Shown here piece after piece: positions 1 through 8,855 of a stretch of DNA of 64,000 bases. The stretch spans positions 1 to 64,000 of the forward strand of contig CBDHDG010000004.1 in assembly GCA_965261595.1 (NCBI GenBank), in the 5' to 3' direction. The position numbers and the translations under genes are program-made. The notes below the pieces were generated by a model. It did no database searches. It was not told the origin of the DNA and worked only from the letters and a program-made list of their open reading frames with translations. The DNA is from a bacterium. GTDB taxonomy: Bacteria > UBA8248 > JACPRG01 > G963555815. Positions within the stretch are counted from its first letter, which is position 1; each line of letters opens with the position of its first letter.

Positions 1-1267
1 GCCGGTGCACGGCGAGTGGCGCGGCCAGGGAGCGTCGCCCGACGCGCCGCCGGCCCTGCTCCTGATCGGAAGGCGGGGCCAGCCCGCGTGCTGGTCCCCC
101 TTCGCCAACGAGGCCGGCAACTACAACGTGGCCGTGACCGGCAAGTCCGGGTCGGGCAAGTCGGTCCTGATGCAGGAGCTGGTCGCGGGCATCGCGGGCG
201 CGGGCGGCGAGGCCGTGGTGATCGATGACGGGCGTTCCTTCCAGCACACGGCCGAGGCCCTCGGCGGCGTCTTCATCGCCTTCGGCAAGGACCCGGCGAG
301 ACTCAACCCCTTCGCCATGATCGACGCGGACGTGGCGGCCCGGGACGGGGACTACCGGGAGGAGTGCTTTGCCATGCTGGCCGCCGTGGTCGGGCGCATG
401 TGCCGAAGGCGCGGGCGCATCGACGACATCGAGGCGGCGCTCATCGACGAGGCCATCGCGCGCGCCTGGGAGGAGGCCGGCAACGGCGCCGACCTCGGGA
501 CCGTGCAGCGCCGGCTGGAGGCGGCGGGCGACCGGCGGGCATCGGACATGGCTCTCGCCCTCGGACCGTGGCGGCCGGGCGGCGCGCTCGGGCGGCTCTT
601 CGAGGGATCGGAGACCCCGGCCCTGGACGCCGCGCTCACCGTGTTCGAGCTCGCCGAGCTCAAGGGCCGGGGCGACGTCCAGGGCGTGGTGCTGATGCTG
701 GTGGTCTTCCTCGCCACCCAGCGCATGTATCACGGCCCCAGAACCCGGCCCAAGGCGATCGTCATCGACGAGGCCTGGGACCTCCTGTCGGGCGAGGACA
801 GCCGGGCCTTCCTCGAGGGCGCGGCCAGGCGGGCGCGCAAGTACCGGGGCGCGCTCGTCACCGGCACCCAGAGCGTCAACGACTACTACGCCAACCCCGC
901 GGCCCGGGCGGCCTGGGACAACGCCGACTGGACCATCTTCCTGGCCCAGAAGGACGAGTCCGTCGAGCTCCTCAAACAGGAAAAGCGCATCCACTGCGAT
1001 CCCGGCATGGAGCGGGCCCTCAAGAGCCTGGCCACCGTGGACGGGCGCCATGCCGAGCTGGTGCTGCACGGTCCGGACGGCTGGCGCGTGGCGCGGCTCG
1101 CCCTGGACCCCTGGTCGGTAGCTCTCTATTCATCGCGCGGGCCGGCCTTCGCCGCGGTCGAGCGGCTGAAGGCCGAAGGCCTCACCACCGAGCAGGCCAT
1201 CGACCGCATCGCCGACGGCGACGGTCCGGAGGCCACGACAGCCGGCCCTGCGGGCAGCGCGCCGTGA
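1..1267 (+). CDS. traC: F-type T4SS VirB4-like ATPase TraC (C-terminal part; gene starts before the window)
   Basis: Walker A GKSGSGKS, Walker B IVIDEAW, RRARKY motif; sits upstream of trbI-traW-traU. Confidence 0.9.
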   Translation, partial: PVHGEWRGQGASPDAPPALLLIGRRGQPACWSPFANEAGNYNVAVTGKSGSGKSVLMQELVAGIAGAGGEAVVIDDGRSFQHTAEALGGVFIAFGKDPARLNPFAMIDADVAARDGDYREECFAMLAAVVGRMCRRRGRIDDIEAALIDEAIARAWEEAGNGADLGTVQRRLEAAGDRRASDMALALGPWRPGGALGRLFEGSETPALDAALTVFELAELKGRGDVQGVVLMLVVFLATQRMYHGPRTRPKAIVIDEAWDLLSGEDSRAFLEGAARRARKYRGALVTGTQSVNDYYANPAARAAWDNADWTIFLAQKDESVELLKQEKRIHCDPGMERALKSLATVDGRHAELVLHGPDGWRVARLALDPWSVALYSSRGPAFAAVERLKAEGLTTEQAIDRIADGDGPEATTAGPAGSAP

Positions 1268-1300
1268 CGGCCTCCATAGCTTAAACAGAAGGAGACGCAC

Positions 1301-2035
1301 ATGAGCAAGGACAGGAACAGGCGGGCGCCATCGAGTGCTGCGACACGGGCGGAGAAGCCCCGATCCGGGGATCGGCCCCTCGCCTGGCCGGAAGATCCGG
1401 AGGGGCTGACCCCGGACGCCGTCGACTTCGAGGCCCTGGCCCACGTGCTGGCCAACACCTGCCGCAGGGGCGGCCGGCTCAGGCGGTTCCACTCGCTGGC
1501 GGCCCACGCGGTGCTGATGAGCGAGGAGATCGAGGCCTTTGAAGGATCCGGGGACCGCCGGGAGGCGGCCCTCTACGCCCTTCTGGCGGACGCGAGCGTC
1601 GCGTGGCTGGGAACAAAGGCCGCTTCCTCCCAGCGCGGGGCGGAGCGGCTGAAGCGGCTCGGCGGGACCATCGACCGGGCCGTGCGCGAGTCGGCCGGGC
1701 TCGATGCGGAGCCCTCCCCGGAGCAGGCGGAACTGCTGCGTTTCGTGGCCCGCATGGCCGAGGCCGCGGAGGACCGGGACCTGCCGGGCGCGCGCGACGG
1801 CGCGGCTTCCGCGGTCGCCTTCCCGCCCCTTAAGCGCCGCATCCGGACCGTGGTTCCCGATCGGGCGGCCAGGCTCTGGCTGGACCGCTTCCGGGCCCTG
1901 AAAGGGCAGGAGGGCGCGGGACGGGGCCCCATCGCGTCCGCCCAGAGGGAGTCCCGTGGCACGCACGACCCCACCCCACCGGAGGAGCTTCATGTCACGC
2001 GCGAACAGACGGCGCCGGAACGGGCTGCGTCATGA
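1301..2035 (+). CDS. HD-superfamily (YfbR/YfdR-like) phosphohydrolase-like protein with degenerate HD motif
   Basis: DFEALAHVLANTCRRGG...HSLAAH...ALLADA resembles the IAHAL..CRF.G..YSVAQH..LLHDA pattern. RBS AAGGAG; ATGA overlap with trbI. Confidence 0.6.
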   Translation: MSKDRNRRAPSSAATRAEKPRSGDRPLAWPEDPEGLTPDAVDFEALAHVLANTCRRGGRLRRFHSLAAHAVLMSEEIEAFEGSGDRREAALYALLADASVAWLGTKAASSQRGAERLKRLGGTIDRAVRESAGLDAEPSPEQAELLRFVARMAEAAEDRDLPGARDGAASAVAFPPLKRRIRTVVPDRAARLWLDRFRALKGQEGAGRGPIASAQRESRGTHDPTPPEELHVTREQTAPERAAS

Positions 2036-2412
2036 GCGGGCCCACGGCGTTGGCCGCCGCGCTTGTGCTGAGTGCCGGGGTGGCCGCGGCGGTCTCGGCC
2101 GTCACGGCGCGCATGGCCCTGGAGAGGGTCCCGCGCATCGCGAGCGTGCGGCTTGCCGAGCTCACGGCAGACTACATGGCCAAGGCCGCCCGGGAGCACG
2201 GCGACCAAGAGGAGGCCGTAAAAGCCGTGCGCGGCTGGGCGCGCCGGTTGGAGGAGGCGCTCGTCCGGACGGCAGCCCGCCACCGCGCGGTGCTGCTGCC
2301 CGCAAGGGCGGTCGCCGCCGGCGCGCCGGACCTCACCGCCGAGATAAAGGCGGCGATCCAGACGGCCCTGTCCAAAACCCATCCCCCGACGAACACGGAG
2401 GACGAACGATGA
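2032..2412 (+). CDS. trbI: F-type conjugative protein TrbI
   Basis: N-terminal TM segment, C-terminal AVAAGAPDLTAEI motif, position between traC and traW. Confidence 0.75.
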   Translation: MSGPTALAAALVLSAGVAAAVSAVTARMALERVPRIASVRLAELTADYMAKAAREHGDQEEAVKAVRGWARRLEEALVRTAARHRAVLLPARAVAAGAPDLTAEIKAAIQTALSKTHPPTNTEDER

Positions 2413-2984
2413 GAGAGACCCTGCACGCCTTGCCGCGTGCGCCCGGACGGCGTGCGCCTGAACGAACCGGACGGGGCCGCAAGATCCTGCTCTGGATGGC
2501 CATGCTGGCCGCCCTGTGGCTCGTCGCGGTCTCGCGCGTCTACGTCAACGCGAGCTGGTCCGACGGAGCCTGGGGGTATTTCGTGCTGCCCCTCGTGGGA
2601 GAGTTCCAACGGGGCGACGCGGTCCTGTTCGACCCACCCGAGGAGGCCGGCTCGGGGATCCCCTACCTCAAGACCGTGCGCGGCCTGCCCAGAGACCGGG
2701 TGGAGGTGGACAGGGAGCGCCGGGTCTCGGTGAACGGCGCGGTCCTCGGCGTTGCCAAGACGCATGCGCTTGATGGGCGCAGGCTCGAGGCGATCGGGCC
2801 GGGCGTGATCCCGCCGGGCCGCTACTACGTCCACGCCGATCACGTGGACAGCCACGACAGCCGCTATTCGGAGATCGGGCTCATCCCGCAAGAACGCATC
2901 CGGGGCCGGGCCTGGGCCCTGCCCGACGTCCCCTGGCTCGGGCTCAAGGGACCGCTCGCCAAACCCGAGGAGGCGCGGCCATGA
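2409..2984 (+). CDS. S26 family conjugative signal peptidase (TrhF/TraF-like)
   Basis: VNASWS, YLKTVRGLPRD, HVDSHDSRY motifs; ATG at 2409 overlaps the trbI stop. Confidence 0.8.
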   Translation: MRETLHALPRAPGRRAPERTGRGRKILLWMAMLAALWLVAVSRVYVNASWSDGAWGYFVLPLVGEFQRGDAVLFDPPEEAGSGIPYLKTVRGLPRDRVEVDRERRVSVNGAVLGVAKTHALDGRRLEAIGPGVIPPGRYYVHADHVDSHDSRYSEIGLIPQERIRGRAWALPDVPWLGLKGPLAKPEEARP

Positions 2985-3652
2985 CGCGGCGTGTTCTCCT
3001 GTCCCGTCTTCGGCTCATCGCGATTGCCTGCGTGCTGATGCTCGCGGCGCGGCCCGTACCCGCGAAGGACCTTGGCGTGCGCGGCGCGGTGTGGCCCATC
3101 GCCGAGCCCGACCTGCTCGAACGGATCGAGGCCCGGCTTGAAGCGCTGGAGTCCTCGGGCGACCTCACCCGCATGCGCCGGGAGGCCCTGGACCGGGGCC
3201 GGGAGCGCATCGAGGCGCCCGGGCGCGTCGAGGGCATCGGGCCCGCGCGCGTCCGTCGCACCCGGCTGTTCGATCCTTCGATCACGGTCGAGCAAGACGT
3301 CCGGGCGCACGATGGGACCCTGATTGCGGCCCGGGGCGCTCGGATCAACCCCCTCGAGGTGTACCCGCTGACCCGGGATCTGCTGTTCATCGACGGCGCG
3401 CGGCCGGCCGAGGTCACCTGGGCCCTCGGCCACGAACGGCCCGCGAAGATCGTGCTCCTGGCGGGCCGCCCGCTGGACCTGATGCGGCCCCACGAACGGC
3501 CGTTCTTCTTCGACCAGAACGGCCGGCTTGCGAAACGTTTCGGGCTCCGCGCCACCCCGTCCCTGGTCGCGGCCGAGGGATCCATGCTCAGGATCACGGA
3601 AGTGCCGCTCGACGACGAAGCCAATCCCGCGACCATCGGAGGGCGGCCATGA
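2981..3652 (+). CDS. traW: F-type conjugative protein TraW
   Basis: DLGVRGAVWPIAEPDLL, FDPSITV, NPL, FFDQNGRL motifs. Confidence 0.9.
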   Translation: MTRRVLLSRLRLIAIACVLMLAARPVPAKDLGVRGAVWPIAEPDLLERIEARLEALESSGDLTRMRREALDRGRERIEAPGRVEGIGPARVRRTRLFDPSITVEQDVRAHDGTLIAARGARINPLEVYPLTRDLLFIDGARPAEVTWALGHERPAKIVLLAGRPLDLMRPHERPFFFDQNGRLAKRFGLRATPSLVAAEGSMLRITEVPLDDEANPATIGGRP

Positions 3653-4650
3653 GATCCCTGAAGACCGTCTGCACGGCGCTGGTCCTTGCCGGAGCCCTGT
3701 CCACGGGGACCGCTTCCGCCCAGTCCTGCACCGGGCGTTTCGTGAACCCCGTCACGGACGTGTGCTGGGAGTGTCTTTTGCCGATCTCGATCGGGCCGAT
3801 CCGCATGGGCAGCGCCACGGGCGCGCCGGACACGCCCAATCCGGGATCGCCGATCTGCCTCTGCGGCAAGCCGATCCCCCGGATCGGACTCTCCCTGGGC
3901 TTGTGGGAGCCGGCGCGGCTGATCGACGTCAGCCGCGCGCCCTGGTGCTTCCCCAATCTCGGGGGCATGACCATCGACCCGGGCCTGCCCGCGGGGCGCG
4001 GACGTACTGGCTCCTCGGGCGGCGACGGCGCCTCGGGCTCTGTGTGGCACGTCCATGACTACGTCTATCCGCTCCTGTCCTGGATCGGGGCCCTGCTCGA
4101 CATCGGCTGCCTTGAAAGCGGGGGGCTCGACATCGCCTGGGTCTCCGAGCTCGACCCGGCCTGGCTCGACGACGAGCTGTCCTTCCTGTTGAACCCGGAA
4201 GCCGCGCTGTTCGCGGACCTGCCGGCCCAGGCGGCCTGCGCCGCCGATTGCGCCGCCGCCTCGGCTGGCCTGCCGCTCGACCCCCTGTTCTGGTGCGCGG
4301 GCTGCCAGGGCGGGATGTATCCCCTGACCGGCAACGTGGCCGCCCACGTGGGCGGGGTCCAGGCCTCGCTCCTCGTGGCCCAGCGGCTCGTGTTCCGTCT
4401 TCACCGGCTGCTGCTCGCCTGGGGCACGTCGGGGCCGGCGGCGCTCTGCGGGCGCTATCCCATGCCCATCATGAAGAAGTCCCAGTACCGCTGGCAGATG
4501 ACCCAGCCGGTCCCGGCCACGTCGCCCCTCACCGGCTGCAACCCCACGGGCCGGTCCTCGGTGATCTGGGAAGCGCTGCGCGAGCTGCCGGTGGCGGGCG
4601 AGAACTTCGGCTATCTGCTCTGGCGCAAGCGCAACTGCTGTCTGCTCTGA
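3649..4650 (+). CDS. traU: F-type conjugative protein TraU
   Basis: CTGRFVNPVTDVCWECLLP, WEPARL, C-terminal WRKRNCC. Confidence 0.93.
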   Translation: MRSLKTVCTALVLAGALSTGTASAQSCTGRFVNPVTDVCWECLLPISIGPIRMGSATGAPDTPNPGSPICLCGKPIPRIGLSLGLWEPARLIDVSRAPWCFPNLGGMTIDPGLPAGRGRTGSSGGDGASGSVWHVHDYVYPLLSWIGALLDIGCLESGGLDIAWVSELDPAWLDDELSFLLNPEAALFADLPAQAACAADCAAASAGLPLDPLFWCAGCQGGMYPLTGNVAAHVGGVQASLLVAQRLVFRLHRLLLAWGTSGPAALCGRYPMPIMKKSQYRWQMTQPVPATSPLTGCNPTGRSSVIWEALRELPVAGENFGYLLWRKRNCCLL

Positions 4651-4660
4651 GGAGGCTGAC

Positions 4661-5374
4661 ATGAACGATAACCCGATTCGTAAGACCATCCCGGCTCTCG
4701 CCTGCGCGCTCGTGATGGCGGCCTGGTGCGGCCCGGCCCGGGCCCAGGGAAAAGCCAAGGACTTGGCGCGCGATACTGTCGATCAGGTCCTGCGGCAACC
4801 GGCAAAAGTCCGTGACGGGGACCTGGACGCCTGGTCGCGCTCGGTGATCGAGCGCGCGCTGGAACGCGCGGGCAAAAACGCCCCCGGGGCCTCCGGCCCC
4901 CTCCCGGCCGAACGTCATGCCGGCCGCGTTGCCCGCGGCCTTTCCGAGCGTCCCCATGGCCCCGAGGTCATCGTCTTCATGAGCCTCTCGGCGCCCGCGG
5001 CGAGCTGGCGGCAGTGGAGCCGCGAGGCGGCGCGGATCGGCGCGCCGCTGGTGCTGCGCGGGCTCGGCCCGGACGGGTTGCAGGCCACGGTGAAACGCAT
5101 CGGCCCGTACCTGGGCCGCAAGTCCGGCGCAACAATCGATCCGCGTCTGTTCCGGATCTTCGGCATCGAGGCGATCCCGGCCGTCGCGGTGGTCCCGGGC
5201 GGGGTCCCGCCCTGCACTAGCCGGGGTTGCGCCGCGGATCCCGCGCCGCCCCACGACCGCATCGCGGGGAACATCGGCCTGGAAGCGGCGCTCGAGGCCA
5301 TCGCCGCCGAGGGAGGGCCGGGCCGCGCGGCCGCGCGCCGCCATCTCGCAAGCCTGAGAGGAAACTTGCCATGA
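4661..5374 (+). CDS. trbC: F-type pilus assembly protein TrbC
   Basis: VFMSLS, LVLRG, IDPRLF..FGI.AIPA, DRIAGNI motifs. Confidence 0.85.
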   Translation: MNDNPIRKTIPALACALVMAAWCGPARAQGKAKDLARDTVDQVLRQPAKVRDGDLDAWSRSVIERALERAGKNAPGASGPLPAERHAGRVARGLSERPHGPEVIVFMSLSAPAASWRQWSREAARIGAPLVLRGLGPDGLQATVKRIGPYLGRKSGATIDPRLFRIFGIEAIPAVAVVPGGVPPCTSRGCAADPAPPHDRIAGNIGLEAALEAIAAEGGPGRAAARRHLASLRGNLP

Positions 5375-6570
5375 ACCGCAAGGACGACACGAACGAAAAT
5401 CCGGAACCCGGTTCCGATCGCAGCTTCGAAGCCCTCATGGAGGCGAAGCGGCCAAGGCTTCAGATGGCGCGAATCGAGGCCTGGGGACGCTTCCCTTGCT
5501 GGACGATGGCCGCGAAGGCCTTCGTCCTGGCCCTGGTGGTCCTGACGCACCTCGTCAACGGCCCCGCCCGGGCCGAAGACCCGGCAGCGGCGGCCCGCGC
5601 GATCGGCCAGGCGGGACAAGCCGCGGCGGGCGCCATCGCGAAGGATGCGGATTCCGCCGCCCATGTGCCGGGCTACGGTGGAACGAGCCTGCCAGAGAGG
5701 GGCCTGGGCGCGGGCGAACTAAGAAACGCCGCGAACCGGGTGATAAACGATCCCGCCGATCCCGGGGGCCAAGCCGGCCGCGCGGTGATCGAGGGTACGG
5801 TCAAGCGCCCGGACGCCCCGGTCAAGGCGGACGATCCGATGGTGAGGCGCGGGGACGGGATCCAAGGCGACGCCCATTCCCCCCTCTGGGGCGCGGACGG
5901 GATCGCCTCCGGATCGGTGAACGACTGCAAGGCGGGACTCGAGCGCGCCGGGGCCGGCGGCCATTGCGGCTCGGTCTCCTGGTGCGTGGGCGCCGAGTGC
6001 GGAACCGCGGCGTCCCGGGCCAACACCGGGTTCGTCGATTCGGCGGCCCGGCTCAACATGGCCATCGAGCTGGGCGGAGAGGAATTCGACCGCCAGACCC
6101 TCCGGTTCTTCAGGGGCGATCGCCAGTCCTGCCGGATCCAGTGGGGAGGCCTCGCCGATTGCTGCAAGAACTCGGGCGCGCTCGTGGGCGTGGCCGGCTG
6201 CACCAAGGAGGAACGCCTCCTGGCCGAGGAGCGCCATGCCGGGAACACGCATTACCTGGGCAAGGGATGCGCGAAGCGGATCTTCGGCGTGTGCATCCGC
6301 TGGAAACGTTCCTGGTGCGTGTTCGGCTCCAAGCTCGGGCGCATCCTGCAGGAAGCGACACGCGGCCAGCTCGGGATCGGCTGGGGCAGCTGCCGCGGCT
6401 TCACGGTCGATGAGATGGAACGCATCGACTTCGAGGCCGTGGACCTCTCCGAGTTCACCGAGAATCTGACCGACGGGTCGTATGAGCCCTCGATCGAGCT
6501 TCCGGAAGCCGGCCGAACCGGCGCGGTGATGCGTGAGCGCATCCACGGCTTCTACACCAAAAGCAAGTGA
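5371..6570 (+). CDS. traN: Mating-pair stabilisation protein TraN (short form)
   Basis: Cys-rich C-terminus DCC...HYLG..C...WCVFGSKLGRILQE..CRGFT..E...IDF..VDLSEF; start codon uncertain. Confidence 0.85.
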   Translation: MNRKDDTNENPEPGSDRSFEALMEAKRPRLQMARIEAWGRFPCWTMAAKAFVLALVVLTHLVNGPARAEDPAAAARAIGQAGQAAAGAIAKDADSAAHVPGYGGTSLPERGLGAGELRNAANRVINDPADPGGQAGRAVIEGTVKRPDAPVKADDPMVRRGDGIQGDAHSPLWGADGIASGSVNDCKAGLERAGAGGHCGSVSWCVGAECGTAASRANTGFVDSAARLNMAIELGGEEFDRQTLRFFRGDRQSCRIQWGGLADCCKNSGALVGVAGCTKEERLLAEERHAGNTHYLGKGCAKRIFGVCIRWKRSWCVFGSKLGRILQEATRGQLGIGWGSCRGFTVDEMERIDFEAVDLSEFTENLTDGSYEPSIELPEAGRTGAVMRERIHGFYTKSK

Positions 6571-7415
6571 AGGGGGCAGCCATGACCATCCCGTACGCCC
6601 TCGCACTCGCCTGCCTCCTCGCCGTCCTCGCGGCGCTGCCCGCGGATGCGCGGGAATGGCGGCCTTGGTGCGGTCCCCGATCGGGCCCAAATCGGGAGAC
6701 TGAGCCCTCGCTCGGCTGGCACTTCTATTGCGACCGGAACGAGGAAGACGCGGAAGAGGACGCGCCGGCGGCGCAAACGCCTCCCGCAAGACCCTCTTCG
6801 CGGCCCGAGACCGCAATGGAGCGCCTCCTGGGGATGCGCCGGGCCCTGGAGGAAGCCCGGGCCAGGGCGATCCTGGACCCGAGCCCGGAGAACGTCACGG
6901 CCTACCTGCGCCTCCAGCAGGAGACCCTGCAAAAAGCCGCCTCCTTCTCGGACGCCTTCCGCCGCACGGTCTGGGCGAGCCCGGATCTCGATTACACGCT
7001 GAAGCGTCCGGTGGGCGCCCTGGCCAAGCAGGTCTGGTCGGAGCAGCGCCGGGCCGAGCGCGACGCCGTCCTGGCCCGGCTCGGCGAGCGTTACGGCCTC
7101 ATCTATCTCGGCCATGCGCGATGCCCGGGATGCCGCGTGTTCGGCCCCCTTCTGCGCGCCTTCGCGCTGCGCCACGGCCTCGACGTGCTCGCGGTCTCGA
7201 TGACGGGCGAGCCCCTCGATGGGTGGCCCGAGGCGGTCCCCGACCAGGGCCGCGCCGCGCGTCTCGGCCTCGAGGCCCCGGTGTTCCCCGCCCTTGTCCT
7301 CTACGACACGCGAACCAGGCGGGCGCTTCCGGTTTCCTTCGGCGTGGTCGCCAAGGACCAGCTCGCCGAGCGCATCTTCACCCTCACCGCACGGGAGATC
7401 GGACATGACTATTAA
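6567..7415 (+). CDS. traF: F-type conjugative protein TraF (thioredoxin-like)
   Basis: GWHFYCD, AILDPSPENV..Y, CPGC, FPALVL motifs. Confidence 0.88.
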   Translation: MKGAAMTIPYALALACLLAVLAALPADAREWRPWCGPRSGPNRETEPSLGWHFYCDRNEEDAEEDAPAAQTPPARPSSRPETAMERLLGMRRALEEARARAILDPSPENVTAYLRLQQETLQKAASFSDAFRRTVWASPDLDYTLKRPVGALAKQVWSEQRRAERDAVLARLGERYGLIYLGHARCPGCRVFGPLLRAFALRHGLDVLAVSMTGEPLDGWPEAVPDQGRAARLGLEAPVFPALVLYDTRTRRALPVSFGVVAKDQLAERIFTLTAREIGHDY

Positions 7416-8844
7416 GCAAAGGATTGCGGGCATGACCATGGCTGCCCGCGAATTCGTGCTCGTGTGGGCCATCTCGCTCTGCCTCGCCCCGCCCGCGGGC
7501 GCGGACGTGCTCTCGGAGATGGAGAGCTTCTGGAGGGGCGCGGCGGTGAACACCACCGGGCCGACCGCCTTCGACGGCCAGGCCTCGGGCCACTGGACCC
7601 TGGGCAACCTCTACCTGCGCGCCCCCGTGCGCTCCGAGCCCATCGCCACGGTGAGCCTGCCCTCCTTCCGGGCCGGCTGCGGCGGCATCGACACGTTCGC
7701 CGGCGCCTTCTCCTTCATCAATTCCGACCAGCTGATCGCCTTTGGCCGCGCCGTGGCCCAGAACGCCGCGGGCTTCGCCTTCGAGCTGGCGCTCGAGACC
7801 ATCTCGCCGGTGATCGCCGAGACCCTGTCCAAGCTCCGGGCCCTGGCCCAGTGGGTGAACAGCCAGAACCTCAACTCCTGCGAGACCGCCCAGGCCCTGG
7901 TCGGGGCGGTCTGGTCCAAAAACGACCGGGCGAGCGCGGCGATCTGTGCGGCCATCGGCACGCGACAGGGGATCTTCTCCGACTACGCCGCCGCCCGCCA
8001 CGGCTGCGGCGCGGACGGCAAGCGCCACTCGACCCTGGCCGCCGCCTCGGGACCGCTCAAGGACCAGGCCCCGGTCAACGTCAACTACGCCTGGCGCGCG
8101 GTGAGGGCGTCGGGCTTCCTGGCGTCCGACCGGGATCTCGGCGAGTTCGCCATGTCGATCTCGGGCACCGCGATCGTCACCGCCCCGGTCTCCGACGGCG
8201 ACACCTCCGGCCCCAGGATACGCATCCTGGAGCCGCTGGCCCTTGACCGCCGGGTGACCGAGATCCTGATGGAGGGGGGAGGCGACCTCCCGGTCTATCG
8301 CTGCGACACCTCCGTCGACTGTCTCAACCCCGTCCTCGGACGGCTCACCGTGCCGGCGGCGCGGGGTTTCCGGGACCGGGTGGCCGGCCTGCTCCGCCGG
8401 CTGGTCGAGGCGGTGCGCGCCGACACGGCGCCCCCGGCCGACGCGCTGGGGCTCGTCAATCTCACCACCCTGCCGGTCTACCGGGTGATCAACACGGCCG
8501 CCGCCTACCGCGGGGCGGTGGTGGACCAGGAGGTGGACGCGCTGGCCGAGGCGGTGGCCCTCGACGTGCTCCAGGTCTGGATCTCGGACCTCCACCGGAC
8601 GGTCGAGGAACGCGCCGGCACCCTGGACATCGCCGACGGCGACCAGTTGGAGCGCTGGCGCGAGGGGCTGCGCCGGAACCGGGCCGCCCTCGCCAAACAC
8701 CGCCACGAGGGGCTGGAGCGGTTCAACACCGCCCTCGCCGTCGTGGAGAAGCTCAGGCTGATCGAGACCGAGCTCGCGGGCGCGCTCTCGGCCGATCTCA
8801 GGGCGGCGCTCGCCTTCTCCCGGGGCGGCGCAGGAGCCCGGTAG
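7405..8844 (+). CDS. traH: F-type conjugative protein TraH
   Basis: PSFRAGCGGIDTFAGAFSFIN and NSCETAQALV motifs. Confidence 0.92.
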   Translation: MTIKQRIAGMTMAAREFVLVWAISLCLAPPAGADVLSEMESFWRGAAVNTTGPTAFDGQASGHWTLGNLYLRAPVRSEPIATVSLPSFRAGCGGIDTFAGAFSFINSDQLIAFGRAVAQNAAGFAFELALETISPVIAETLSKLRALAQWVNSQNLNSCETAQALVGAVWSKNDRASAAICAAIGTRQGIFSDYAAARHGCGADGKRHSTLAAASGPLKDQAPVNVNYAWRAVRASGFLASDRDLGEFAMSISGTAIVTAPVSDGDTSGPRIRILEPLALDRRVTEILMEGGGDLPVYRCDTSVDCLNPVLGRLTVPAARGFRDRVAGLLRRLVEAVRADTAPPADALGLVNLTTLPVYRVINTAAAYRGAVVDQEVDALAEAVALDVLQVWISDLHRTVEERAGTLDIADGDQLERWREGLRRNRAALAKHRHEGLERFNTALAVVEKLRLIETELAGALSADLRAALAFSRGGAGAR

Positions 8845-8855
8845 GGGCAACGACC

